Below, piece by piece: positions 10,095-19,023 of a stretch of 64,000 nt of DNA. The stretch comes from Treponemataceae bacterium. GTDB taxonomy: Bacteria > Spirochaetota > Spirochaetia > Treponematales > Rectinemataceae. Position numbers and translations under genes: made by a program. Each line of letters opens with the position of its first letter. Within the stretch, counting starts at the first letter, position 1. The stretch covers positions 1,248,001 to 1,312,000 of the forward strand of contig CAXXHO010000005.1 of assembly GCA_963667725.2 (NCBI GenBank), read 5' to 3'. The notes below the pieces were generated by a model that worked only from the letters and a program-made list of their open reading frames with translations, was not told the DNA's origin and ran no database searches.

Positions 10095-10192
10095 TGTGTA
10101 CTCCTGCGAGATTTTGGGGACGCCGCGCGCCCCGGAGCTTCGGTAGCTGCCAGGATAAATCGCTTCAGTGCCTTTTATCAAGGGATCGGAGG

Positions 10193-10238
10193 CGCGGCGT
10201 CGCCATGGAATGGCGCGCCATTCCATGGCGACGCCGCG
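10193..10238. repeat. Perfect 46-bp palindrome with no spacer
   Basis: CGCGGCGTCGCCATGGAATGGCG|CGCCATTCCATGGCGACGCCGCG. Confidence 0.9.
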
Positions 10239-10246
10239 AGGCGGCC

Positions 10247-10690
10247 TCAACGCTGGACGGCGACGCCTCGGGAAGGCCTGGGCTTCCGGATTTCCATCCA
10301 GTCGAGAGGGCGCGATACCACGGAAAAACCGACCTTTTTATAGACTTCATGGGCATCCTTCGTTATGAGGAGCCACTGATAGACTCTCGCCATCGAGGGG
10401 TGGTCCAGCATGCGGCGAATCATGCCCTGGCCGATGCCGCGCCCTCGGTATTCCCCGTCGACGAACACGTCGAGAATATAGGCGAAACGCATTCTATCCG
10501 AGATGGCGCGCGCGTACCCGACTTGCCGGCCAGACTCGTCAAAGGCGCCGATCACGAGCGCCGAATTCTCCGCGCCTTCCCTCACCTCGTCCAGCCCGAT
10601 GCCCGGACACCAGTACGACTGCGCGAGCATTTCGGTCACCCTCGCCAGGTCCATCGCGGCGACGCCGTCTTTATATTGAATATTCGTCAT
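10247..10690 (-). CDS. GNAT family N-acetyltransferase
   Basis: QVGYARAISD..FAYILDVFV...YRGRGIG; LITKDAHEVYKKVGF. Confidence 0.9.
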   Translation of the reverse strand: MTNIQYKDGVAAMDLARVTEMLAQSYWCPGIGLDEVREGAENSALVIGAFDESGRQVGYARAISDRMRFAYILDVFVDGEYRGRGIGQGMIRRMLDHPSMARVYQWLLITKDAHEVYKKVGFSVVSRPLDWMEIRKPRPSRGVAVQR

Positions 10691-10691
10691 G

Positions 10692-12077
10692 CTAGATCCT
10701 TAGTATCATTCTCGCCGTCGTGAAATAGATCAAGAGGCCGGTGATATCCACGATAGTGGTGAGGGCGGGGCTGGCGATGAGAGCCGGATCGGCGCCGAGC
10801 AAGGCGGCCCCGAGCGGCAGAGCCGCGCCTATTATCGTCGAAGCCACAACCTGGATGGCCAGGGCAATGCCTATCGCCAATCCTATGTCCAGGGCCGTGA
10901 TGGCTCCCGAGACCTGCATGTGCGAAGCTGAAGCCGTGAGCAGGACGCGCGCGAAAGCCAAGGCCCCCAACACGATCCCCAAAAGCAGGGCTACCCGCAG
11001 CTCCTTCCAGAGTACCCTGAACCCATCCTTGGTCTGAATTTCCTTCAGGGCCAGCGAACGCACGATGACGGCAGCCGATTGGCTCCCCGTGTTGCCCCCG
11101 GTGCTGGTGAGCATGGGCATATAGAAGGCGAGAATCATGAGGTTCGCGAGCGTCTGCTCGAAGGATTGCATGACGGCGCCGGAAACCAGCCCCAGAAGCG
11201 CCAGGATGACAAGCCAGCCTACCCGGTTCCTGAAATGCGACCAGATGGTCGTGTGCAGATAGGGAATGTTTTCGTGGCTGCCCGTGATGGCCATGAAGCG
11301 TTCTATATCCTCGGTCTGTTCCAGTTCCAGTACGTCGATGATGTCGTCATGGGTGATAAGGCCGATCAAGACATCGTCGGCATCGACGACAGGCAGGGCC
11401 ACGAGATCGTAGCGCGAAAACAAGTAGGCCGCTTGTTCCCTGTCGTTGAGCGCGTTGACGCTCTGAGGCCTGGCGTCCATTATTTCGGAAAGCTTCTTTT
11501 CGGGATTGGCCAGGATGAGGTCCGCGAGGTTTATCGCTCCCTTCAGTTTCCTGGCCTCGTCGATGGCGAAAATCATGAAAATCGAGTGCGCCTCGGCCCC
11601 TTCGAGCCTGATCCGCTCGATGGAGTCCTTCACCGTCAAATCCTGGTTCAGCGCGATATACTCTGAAGTCATCACGGAACCGGCTGTTCCCTCCTCGAAC
11701 TGGGCGAGCCTCTTGATGTCGTCGCGTTCCTTTTTGGCCAGTATGCGCAGGAGGGCTTCGAACTTCTCTCGGGGAATAGCCTTGAGCAAATCGACCCTGT
11801 CGTCCGGGTCCAGCGATTCGACGAGTCTGGCGAGGTCGGTGGTGTCAAGCAGGTCGGAAGCGTCGATCTGGTAGGCGAGGGGAAGCTCGCGGAAAACAGC
11901 CGCCGCCCTGACTTCCCCAAGGATTCCCATCACTTCGAGCGTCTCCGCGGGATCCAGCCCGGTGAGTATTTCCGCTATGGCGGTGGGGTGCAGGTCGCGG
12001 AGGAAGTCGAGGATATCGTCGCTTCTGCCTTCTTCGAGAAGGTTCGCGAGATCGGGGGCGAGCAGTTGATCCAGCAT
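10692..12077 (-). CDS. mgtE: Magnesium transporter MgtE
   Basis: N-domain, CBS pair (TAGSVMT...LPVVD), PML.STGGNTGSQ and SPALTTIVDITG. Confidence 0.93.
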   Translation of the reverse strand: MLDQLLAPDLANLLEEGRSDDILDFLRDLHPTAIAEILTGLDPAETLEVMGILGEVRAAAVFRELPLAYQIDASDLLDTTDLARLVESLDPDDRVDLLKAIPREKFEALLRILAKKERDDIKRLAQFEEGTAGSVMTSEYIALNQDLTVKDSIERIRLEGAEAHSIFMIFAIDEARKLKGAINLADLILANPEKKLSEIMDARPQSVNALNDREQAAYLFSRYDLVALPVVDADDVLIGLITHDDIIDVLELEQTEDIERFMAITGSHENIPYLHTTIWSHFRNRVGWLVILALLGLVSGAVMQSFEQTLANLMILAFYMPMLTSTGGNTGSQSAAVIVRSLALKEIQTKDGFRVLWKELRVALLLGIVLGALAFARVLLTASASHMQVSGAITALDIGLAIGIALAIQVVASTIIGAALPLGAALLGADPALIASPALTTIVDITGLLIYFTTARMILRI

Positions 12078-12125
12078 GGCAGCCTCCTTGGCCCAACAGG
12101 GCCAAACTCGACCGGATCCAGGAAA

Positions 12126-12719
12126 TCAGGTTCCGGATGCCGATCGGAGGAGCGATTCGAGGACTATGTCGGCTTCGAGATTGGCGACGATGGCTACGCG
12201 CGGGGCGAAAGGCGGCGAGTCGGGCGTCACTTCGTTCTCGAAATCCCCGCAAAGATGAAGCCTGCCGCGGCGCACGATCTTTATGGAATCGAAATGACCT
12301 ATGCCCGCGAGACCAGACGCCGCCACGACCTGGGTTTCGGGGAAGGCGTCGAGGCAGGTTTCGATGAGCATGGCCTTGGCCTCGGCGTCGTCGAAAGCTT
12401 CCACGATCACGTCGCAGCCTGGATAGAGCCGGAGCAGGGACTCCGGGTCCAGGCGGAGCCTGTGGGCGTCGATCTCAAGGCTCGGCTCTATCCTTCTGAG
12501 ATTCACGGCGAGGGCATCGACCTTGTAATCCCCCACTTGGTCCTGGAAGTAGTACTGCCGATCCAGGTTGGCCGCCGAGACCCTGTCGAAGTCGGCCACG
12601 ACGAGCCGGCGGACTCCCGCCCTGACCAGCGCGACGGCGCAGTTGGAGCCGAGTCCGCCGGCTCCGGCGATTCCCACTTTTGCCCGCGAGAATATCTCGC
12701 GCAGTCTGTCGCGTTCCAT
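12126..12719 (-). CDS. thiF: Sulfur-carrier adenylyltransferase ThiF (short form)
   Basis: VGIAGAGGLGSN, DFDRVSAANLDRQ, VEAFD, ASGLAG, LCGD, APRVAIVA. Confidence 0.8.
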   Translation of the reverse strand: MERDRLREIFSRAKVGIAGAGGLGSNCAVALVRAGVRRLVVADFDRVSAANLDRQYYFQDQVGDYKVDALAVNLRRIEPSLEIDAHRLRLDPESLLRLYPGCDVIVEAFDDAEAKAMLIETCLDAFPETQVVAASGLAGIGHFDSIKIVRRGRLHLCGDFENEVTPDSPPFAPRVAIVANLEADIVLESLLRSASGT

Positions 12720-12729
12720 AAAGTAAAGA

Positions 12730-13293
12730 CTAACGGACTTTAGACGGCGAAGCAAGGTAAAAGTCGACGGCGATAAGATTTAGGAAAAGGGAAGTCTCGG
12801 CGCTGTCCACGTCGAACATGAGGCCCAGCGAGAACATTCTTTCGCGCCGCCCGTAATAGGGGTTGCCCAGCGCGAAGGGCGTTATGCGCAAGAATATGGC
12901 CCGCGAATATTCCGGCGCGCCGGAAGTCAGGTTGTGCATGCCATAGAGAATCCCCGCGTCCAACAGGGCATTCAGATAGATGGCCGGTCCGCCCGATTTC
13001 CTTACGCGTTCGCCGAAAAGCGATACGCCTACATGCCCTTCCAGAAAGATGTCATCGAGCGGTTCGGGACTCAGGCGGGGCAGGATCGAAAAACCCGCTT
13101 CCGCGTATCGCGTTATGCCGCAGCTGAGGCCGAAGGAAGAAAAAATCCCGGGGGTCCCCGCGGGGTACTTCCCTTCGGCGTTTCTGAAGAAACTCCATCC
13201 GCCGACGGAAAAGGAGAGGTTCTGGGCTCCGGCCGAAATGGCGGCCAGGAGGAGGAGCGAGAAAAGGGTGAGTGAACGGACCGGGTGTTTCAT
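12730..13293 (-). CDS. Hypothetical exported protein (beta-rich)
   Basis: Signal peptide ending AGA-Q; alternating hydrophobic strands. Confidence 0.65.
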   Translation of the reverse strand: MKHPVRSLTLFSLLLLAAISAGAQNLSFSVGGWSFFRNAEGKYPAGTPGIFSSFGLSCGITRYAEAGFSILPRLSPEPLDDIFLEGHVGVSLFGERVRKSGGPAIYLNALLDAGILYGMHNLTSGAPEYSRAIFLRITPFALGNPYYGRRERMFSLGLMFDVDSAETSLFLNLIAVDFYLASPSKVR

Positions 13294-13304
13294 CGCTGCC
13301 TGCC

Positions 13305-13847
13305 TCAGTATGACATATAGGAAAATTCGAAAAGCTCGATGCCCCAGCCCTTCACGGCGAATGAAGAATCGAAGACGAGGCCGAAGGACCCGACGGAAAA
13401 ATACCCATACCCGGCGAAAAGCCGCAAGGGAGAAAGGCTTACCGTGTAGCGGAGGTCTCTTAAGTTCGCGAATGGGGCGTAGACGGTCGCGCTCGCCATG
13501 GGGGCCAGCGTCGTTTCGCGCGCGGACATCCAGGCGAAAGGGTGTTCCTTTATATGGAAGAGCGTGAGATCGACGCCGAGGCCGGCCAGCGATTCGGTAA
13601 AGGAGAGAGGATTCACGGGAATGAGATAGTGCATGGTAAAGGCCGAACCCAGCACGGGGATATCGGCGATTTTCGCCGAAGCGGAAAAGTCCATGTATTC
13701 CGCATCCGAAAAGAGCGGCGAGGAAAAGCCGCCCATGGAAACCGAGTAATAGAATGAACTCTCGTTCCCGGCGAAGGACGGCGCGGCCGATCGGGCGAAT
13801 AGCGCGAGAAAGAAGAGAATGAGAGCGCGGCGATGTAGTCTCTTCAT
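13305..13847 (-). CDS. Hypothetical exported protein (beta-rich, aromatic C-terminus)
   Basis: Signal peptide; C-terminus WGIELFEFSYMSY. Confidence 0.65.
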   Translation of the reverse strand: MKRLHRRALILFFLALFARSAAPSFAGNESSFYYSVSMGGFSSPLFSDAEYMDFSASAKIADIPVLGSAFTMHYLIPVNPLSFTESLAGLGVDLTLFHIKEHPFAWMSARETTLAPMASATVYAPFANLRDLRYTVSLSPLRLFAGYGYFSVGSFGLVFDSSFAVKGWGIELFEFSYMSY

Positions 13848-13851
13848 CTTG

Positions 13852-15147
13852 TCAGCCTCCGAACAGCATGCCGAGATAGGATGTCAGATAGCTGAGGCTT
13901 CGATACTGTCTCGCTTCTTCCATCAATACGGGAGTCGCGTATTTCATGATCTCCCGCAGGTTAAGAAGCGTCTGCGCTCCCACCTCCTTATCGGCGCTCA
14001 CCAGCGCGATTTCCCTGGACAGGTACTGGGATCGATAATTGAAGTTGGGGCTTCCGAAGGCTGCCAGGTACCCGTCGGCCAGCATGAGTTTGTAATGGAG
14101 GAAGGAATTGTCGGGCGCGTCGAACATGTAAACCTTCGCGCCCGCTTCCAGGAGGTCCTGGATGCAGTATTTCGAGGCCTCGTCGTAGGCCGCGCGAAAG
14201 GAATTGGCTGAAAGGACGATGTGGACGTCTACGCCTCGTCTCGTCGCGGTCTTGATTTTGCGCACGAGCTCGGGCGTCGAAAAGGTATATGCTTGCAGCA
14301 TCCATATTTCCTTCTCGGCGAAGAGGAAGAAGGCGTCGAAGAGGCTGTCGACCTTAGATGGTTCGCCGGGAACCTGGTCCACGACCCAGACGGAGCTGTC
14401 CGTTTTTTTTTCGGGTATGCCGAATTTTCCCGGCTCGATGGGGTCAGGCGAGTTGCGGTTCCAGGTCCGGCAGAAGGAATCGACCATGTAGGCGAGCGGT
14501 CCCGGGCCTTCGATTTCCGCGAAGGTGTCGATGTTGCTGTATTCGCCCGAGGGCGCGAGGGAATAGTAATTCAGGTTCATGCCGCCCACCGCCAGGTGTT
14601 TTCCGTCTATGATCCAGAATTTTCTGTGATCGCGGTCGAGCAAGGCGGGGAGGGAGAAGAGTCTGAGCCCCGATATCGGATTGTATTCGGCCACGCGCAC
14701 CGGCGTTCCCTGGAAATATTTCAGCGCCGTGGGCAGGTAGGATGCCTGATCGGGCATATAGGTAAAATATGAGGAAGAGTCAAAGATGACATAGACGCGC
14801 ACGCCTTCCCTGGATTTCCGGACGAGGGCTTCCATGATGGCCGAATTCACGGGGTGATAATTGACGAGGAATGAGTCGATCATGATGTAGTCTTTGGCGC
14901 TCTCCACGAGTTCCAGGGCGCGGGCTTTCCATTCGTCGCTGGAGAAGTGGAGTTTCGGAAGCGTGGAGGGGAATTCCGGAATATTCCGCTCGGCAAAATA
15001 TCTGTGCAGGCCCACCCGGAGGCGGTCTTGAGGTTCGCGGGCGGGCGAGCTCGCGCAGGAGACGAGGTTAAGGATCGAGGTAATCGCGAGGATGAGCGCG
15101 ATGCTGGACATGGGCGGGCGCGTTTCGGGCGAATGAATGTGGGACAT
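13852..15147 (-). CDS. Phospholipase D/cardiolipin synthase-like protein, probable lipoprotein
   Basis: Two HKD motifs, HRKFWIID..GGMN and HYKLMLAD..GSPN; LVSC lipobox; start may be 15111. Confidence 0.88.
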   Translation of the reverse strand: MSHIHSPETRPPMSSIALILAITSILNLVSCASSPAREPQDRLRVGLHRYFAERNIPEFPSTLPKLHFSSDEWKARALELVESAKDYIMIDSFLVNYHPVNSAIMEALVRKSREGVRVYVIFDSSSYFTYMPDQASYLPTALKYFQGTPVRVAEYNPISGLRLFSLPALLDRDHRKFWIIDGKHLAVGGMNLNYYSLAPSGEYSNIDTFAEIEGPGPLAYMVDSFCRTWNRNSPDPIEPGKFGIPEKKTDSSVWVVDQVPGEPSKVDSLFDAFFLFAEKEIWMLQAYTFSTPELVRKIKTATRRGVDVHIVLSANSFRAAYDEASKYCIQDLLEAGAKVYMFDAPDNSFLHYKLMLADGYLAAFGSPNFNYRSQYLSREIALVSADKEVGAQTLLNLREIMKYATPVLMEEARQYRSLSYLTSYLGMLFGG

Positions 15148-15154
15148 GTCGGGT

Positions 15155-16087
15155 TCAACCTTTGAAGAATGGCGCGAGCGCGTCGGCTATGCCTGATTCG
15201 AAATCCACGCGGGGTTTGTAGCCCAAGGCTTCGATGAGGGTGGTATCCATTCTGCAGTCCTTGGGGCGCGGGGCGCCTTTCGAGGGCGCGGCATCGGGCG
15301 CCGCGAAGGATGCGTCCATGCCAAGAGTCTGGGCCATGATCATGAGCATTTCATATTTCGTATAGGCGACGGGGCCAGATAGAAGATAGATCGGCAGCCC
15401 GGACCGATGCTCTGCTGCCTGTCCGCTGGCGGTCGGCCCGCCGGATCGCGGCGCGAGCGCGTCGATGATTTTTTCAATCGCGGCGGCGACATCATTGACA
15501 TGAAGAGGGTATCTGCGAGCCCAATTATCGACCTTGCATGCCTGTCCTTTCTTGAGAAGCGAGGCGAGTTCCGTGACCGCAGATTCGTCGAGTCTTTCGA
15601 CCGTGCCGTAGAGGATGGGCAACCTGAGTATCGCGGCCTTAGCCGCCGTCATGGCGGCGACGCGCGCCTCCCCTTCGAGTTTGAGCCTGCCGTATTCGTT
15701 GAGAGGATTCACGGGCGAATCGGGAAAATAGGGCGGGTTGGATCCGTCGAACACATAGTCGGTGGAAATATACAGCAGAAAGGCTCCGCTCTTGGCGCAG
15801 GCTCGGGCGACCGTCTCCGTGGCGGCGACATTGAGCGCTCTGGCCTGACTGGGGTTCCTGTCGACGATGTCGGGACGGCGTTCCGCAGCGGCGTGAATCA
15901 CGAAATCGGGCTTCGCCGCGGCGAAAAGCGCCGCCACTTCGGCCGAGTCGGTCAGATCAGCCTTGATCACGGGCGTTCGGGCTCTCGAAAAGGCGGTTCC
16001 GGTGAGTTCCATATCTCGACGGCCGCGCAGTCTGGCCAAAATCGCGCGGCCGAGCAGCCCAGAGGCTCCCGTCAGCAATACTCTCAT
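15155..16087 (-). CDS. RmlD/MAT2B-like extended SDR oxidoreductase
   Basis: TGASGLLG, HAAAERRPD, ISTDYVFDG, YGRLK, RPKDCRMD. Confidence 0.85.
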   Translation of the reverse strand: MRVLLTGASGLLGRAILARLRGRRDMELTGTAFSRARTPVIKADLTDSAEVAALFAAAKPDFVIHAAAERRPDIVDRNPSQARALNVAATETVARACAKSGAFLLYISTDYVFDGSNPPYFPDSPVNPLNEYGRLKLEGEARVAAMTAAKAAILRLPILYGTVERLDESAVTELASLLKKGQACKVDNWARRYPLHVNDVAAAIEKIIDALAPRSGGPTASGQAAEHRSGLPIYLLSGPVAYTKYEMLMIMAQTLGMDASFAAPDAAPSKGAPRPKDCRMDTTLIEALGYKPRVDFESGIADALAPFFKG

Positions 16088-16278
16088 AGTGGGGAATATA
16101 CTATCACAGGGAAATGCTGTAGTCTAAGGCCCCTGGAATGTCTGGCCCGCCAGATCGATTTCCTATGTGTCTGAGATCGATTCAGGCACCTCTAGCCGGA
16201 AAACTTGAATAAACGCGTAATTTAATATAGCTTATTAGCAATCTTTAAATTTTTAAATTTCAGGACAAGGAGTCTTAT

Positions 16279-17184
16279 ATGGATACAATGTTCTGGTCAG
16301 CTCGCCAGAGCGCCGAATGGAAAACCAAGGTGGGGCTGGCCGAGATGCTTAAAGGCGGCGTCATCATGGATGTCACGAACGTCGCTCAGGCGAAGATAGC
16401 GGAGGAGGCCGGCGCCGTCGCTGTCATGGCCCTCGAGCGGGTGCCCGCCGATATCCGCGCCCAAGGCGGCGTCGCGCGCATGTCGGATCCTAAGATGATC
16501 AGGGAAATACAGAAGGCGGTATCCATACCCGTCATGGCTAAATGCAGGATCGGACACTTCGTCGAGGCCAGGATTCTCGAATCCCTCGGCGTAGATTTCA
16601 TCGATGAATCCGAAGTGCTTACCCCCGCCGACGACAGATTCCATGTCTACAAACAGGATTTCAAGGTTCCCTTTGTCTGCGGCTGCCGCGATCTGGGCGA
16701 AGCGCTTCGCCGCATCGGCGAAGGCGCCGCCATGATCCGCACCAAGGGCGAACCCGGCACGGGCGACGTCGTCGAGGCGGTAAGACATATGCGCACGGTC
16801 CGCGACGGCATCGCGCGCCTGACAAGGCTCCCCGTGGAAGAATTGATGACGGCGGCCAAGGAATTGGGCGCGCCCTACGAACTGGTCTATGAAATCGCGA
16901 AAACGGGCAAGCTGCCGGTGCCGAACTTTTCGGCGGGCGGGATAGCCACCCCGGCCGACGCCGCCCTCATGATGCAGCTCGGCGCCGAATCCGTCTTTGT
17001 AGGCTCGGGCATATTCAAGTCGGGCGATCCCGCCCGCCGGGCCCGCGCCATAGTGGGGGCGGCTGTCCATTTCCAGGATCCGAAGATGCTTGCCGAACTC
17101 TCTGAGGATCTTGGCGAGGCCATGGTCGGCATCGGCATTTCCGATCTCGGTGAAAACCAGAAGATGGCCGTGAGAGGCTGGTAA
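16279..17184 (+). CDS. pdxS: Pyridoxal 5'-phosphate synthase lyase subunit
   Basis: [44 protein letters not shown]-terminal RGW. Confidence 0.97.
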   Translation: MDTMFWSARQSAEWKTKVGLAEMLKGGVIMDVTNVAQAKIAEEAGAVAVMALERVPADIRAQGGVARMSDPKMIREIQKAVSIPVMAKCRIGHFVEARILESLGVDFIDESEVLTPADDRFHVYKQDFKVPFVCGCRDLGEALRRIGEGAAMIRTKGEPGTGDVVEAVRHMRTVRDGIARLTRLPVEELMTAAKELGAPYELVYEIAKTGKLPVPNFSAGGIATPADAALMMQLGAESVFVGSGIFKSGDPARRARAIVGAAVHFQDPKMLAELSEDLGEAMVGIGISDLGENQKMAVRGW

Positions 17185-17189
17185 CCTAA

Positions 17190-17810
17190 ATGGTCGCTCC
17201 CGATACTCAACGCTTGCCAGCCGGCCCAGGCGGCCTCAGGGTAGGCGTTCTCGCCCTCCAGGGTGACTATGCAGCCCATATCGCCGCGCTTCGCGAAGTC
17301 GGCGCCGAGGCTTTCGAGATCCGTTCAGCGGCCGACCTCGAATTGGCCGATTCGGTGGTGATTCCCGGCGGCGAAAGCACGGTGATGGGTTCCCTCCTGC
17401 AGCGTTTCGGTTTCATGGACGCTTTCAGGCGTCGAATCCTTGCGGGAATGCCCGTCTTTGGCACCTGCGCCGGTCTCATCCTCCTTTCGAAGGACATCGA
17501 GAACAGGAAGCAGCCGGGACTTGGGCTGCTCGATGTCACGGTCCGCAGGAACGCCTACGGAACCCAGAAGGACAGTTTCCGCGCTCAGGTAAAAACGACG
17601 ATTCCCGGCGTTCCCGAACTTGAAGGCGTTTTCATTAGAGCTCCGAAAATTACGAAGATCGGTCCCGGGGTGGAGGTTCTCGCCGTTCATGAGGGCAGTC
17701 CTGTCCTCGTTCGCGAGGGCTCCATGCTCGGAGCGACGTTCCATCCCGAGCTTGTACCAGGCGCTCTTATCCATAAATGGTTCTTGGGTTTTCCCAAAGA
17801 ACGGAGGTAA
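17190..17810 (+). CDS. pdxT: PLP synthase glutaminase subunit
   Basis: GVLALQG, PGGEST, GTCAGLI, RNAYG, FIRAP, FHPEL. Confidence 0.96.
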   Translation: MVAPDTQRLPAGPGGLRVGVLALQGDYAAHIAALREVGAEAFEIRSAADLELADSVVIPGGESTVMGSLLQRFGFMDAFRRRILAGMPVFGTCAGLILLSKDIENRKQPGLGLLDVTVRRNAYGTQKDSFRAQVKTTIPGVPELEGVFIRAPKITKIGPGVEVLAVHEGSPVLVREGSMLGATFHPELVPGALIHKWFLGFPKERR

Positions 17811-17814
17811 TTTC

Positions 17815-18522
17815 ATGATCGCGAAGGAAATAAAGAAAGCGGCCAGCCAGGACGATATCGCGGCCCACGTAAAACGCGTCTTCACAGTCCGCGACAAGCA
17901 GATTCTCGCCAACCATTTTGCCATAGCCGACACGATTGCCCAAACCTTCGGCAAGGGCTGCGAGGTCGTCATTCATTCCCTCGAGGACATTGGCAAGTCC
18001 ATCGTGAAGATCGTGAACGGTGAGGTTACCGGCCGGGTCCTGGGCGCCCCCATAACCGATCTGGGGCTCAAGGTAGCCAACAACGCCTACGATTCCAAGG
18101 AAGATATCGTAGGACCCTATTTTTCCAAGACCAAGGCCGGGAAGCCGCTCAAGTCGACGACGATGATCATACGCAACGACGAGGGCGCGCCCATAGGTTT
18201 CCTCTGCATCAATTTCGACCTTTCCATGCCGCTCACGCAGTTTTTCGCCGATTTTTCGCCCGCGCCCGAAGTCCCGCCATCGGGCGAGAATTTCGCGCCA
18301 GATGTCGACGAACTCGTCGCCCAGGCCGTGGCCGACGAACTGGAAGCTGTCTCCCGCGTCACGGGCGTTTCTCCTACCGAAAAGAACCGCCGCATTGTCG
18401 CCAACCTTGAACTGCGAAGCATCTTCGACATAAAGGGAGCCGTGGAACTCGTCGCCGGCGAACTGGGCGTCACCAAGCACACAATTTACAAATATCTCCG
18501 GGAATTGCGCAACGAACAGTGA
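17815..18522 (+). CDS. YheO-like PAS_6 + HTH transcriptional regulator
   Basis: FG.GCEVVIHSL, GAPITDLG, LKSTT, GFLCINFD, F.IKGAVELVA..LGVTKHTIYKYL; GGAGG SD. Confidence 0.9.
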   Translation: MIAKEIKKAASQDDIAAHVKRVFTVRDKQILANHFAIADTIAQTFGKGCEVVIHSLEDIGKSIVKIVNGEVTGRVLGAPITDLGLKVANNAYDSKEDIVGPYFSKTKAGKPLKSTTMIIRNDEGAPIGFLCINFDLSMPLTQFFADFSPAPEVPPSGENFAPDVDELVAQAVADELEAVSRVTGVSPTEKNRRIVANLELRSIFDIKGAVELVAGELGVTKHTIYKYLRELRNEQ

Positions 18523-18534
18523 GCGGCATGAGTT

Positions 18535-18584
18535 GAACTCCCGCCTCGGGGACGTCATAATCCTCCTAGCACGTACTAGGAGGA
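18535..18584 (+). promoter_or_regulatory. Internal promoter plus SD-sequestering hairpin upstream of ridA
   Basis: TTGAAC-N17-CATAAT followed by TCCTCCTAG-cacgta-CTAGGAGGA. Confidence 0.55.
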
Positions 18585-18588
18585 TGTC

Positions 18589-19014
18589 ATGTCCAAGCTT
18601 TGTTTCAACGCCAAGATAGCTCCAGCCGCTCTCGGCCCCTATTCGCACGCCGTCGTTTCCGGCGATTTCGTGTTCCTTTCCGGCCAGCTCGGGCTCGATC
18701 CCGCCACCAACGCCCTCGCGCCGGGCGGCGTGGAAGCCGAAACCCGCCAATCCCTCACCAATATTTCCACCATTCTCGCCGAATTGGGGCTCTCGCTCTC
18801 CAATGTGGTCAAGACGACTGTTTTTTTAAGGGATATGGGCGATTTCGCGCGCATGAACGCCGTATACGCCGAGTTTTTTCCGAAGGATTTTCCCGCCCGC
18901 AGCGCCGTCCAAGCCGCGGCCCTTCCCAAAAACGGCGCGGTGGAGATAGAGGTGATCGTCTCGTCCGGCGCGGCGACGGCCGATGCAGTGGCCGCGCGCC
19001 GCGTTTCGGAATGA
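18589..19014 (+). CDS. ridA: RidA/YjgF family enamine/imine deaminase
   Basis: APAALGPYSHA, LSGQLG, VVKTTVFL, MNAVYAEFF, PARSAV, LPK..VEIE. Confidence 0.93.
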   Translation: MSKLCFNAKIAPAALGPYSHAVVSGDFVFLSGQLGLDPATNALAPGGVEAETRQSLTNISTILAELGLSLSNVVKTTVFLRDMGDFARMNAVYAEFFPKDFPARSAVQAAALPKNGAVEIEVIVSSGAATADAVAARRVSE

Positions 19015-19023
19015 GCCTCGGCC

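Noticed and set aside
10095..10250. T-box leader or N-terminal extension of trpS (ORF track start 10250)
   Set aside because: No T-box consensus or terminator; an SD precedes 10094 and a TTGATA...TATCCT promoter lies in this interval
12078..12125. M-box Mg2+ riboswitch before mgtE
   Set aside because: Only 48 bp intergenic; the small TTGGCCC/GGGCCAA hairpin barely touches the SD
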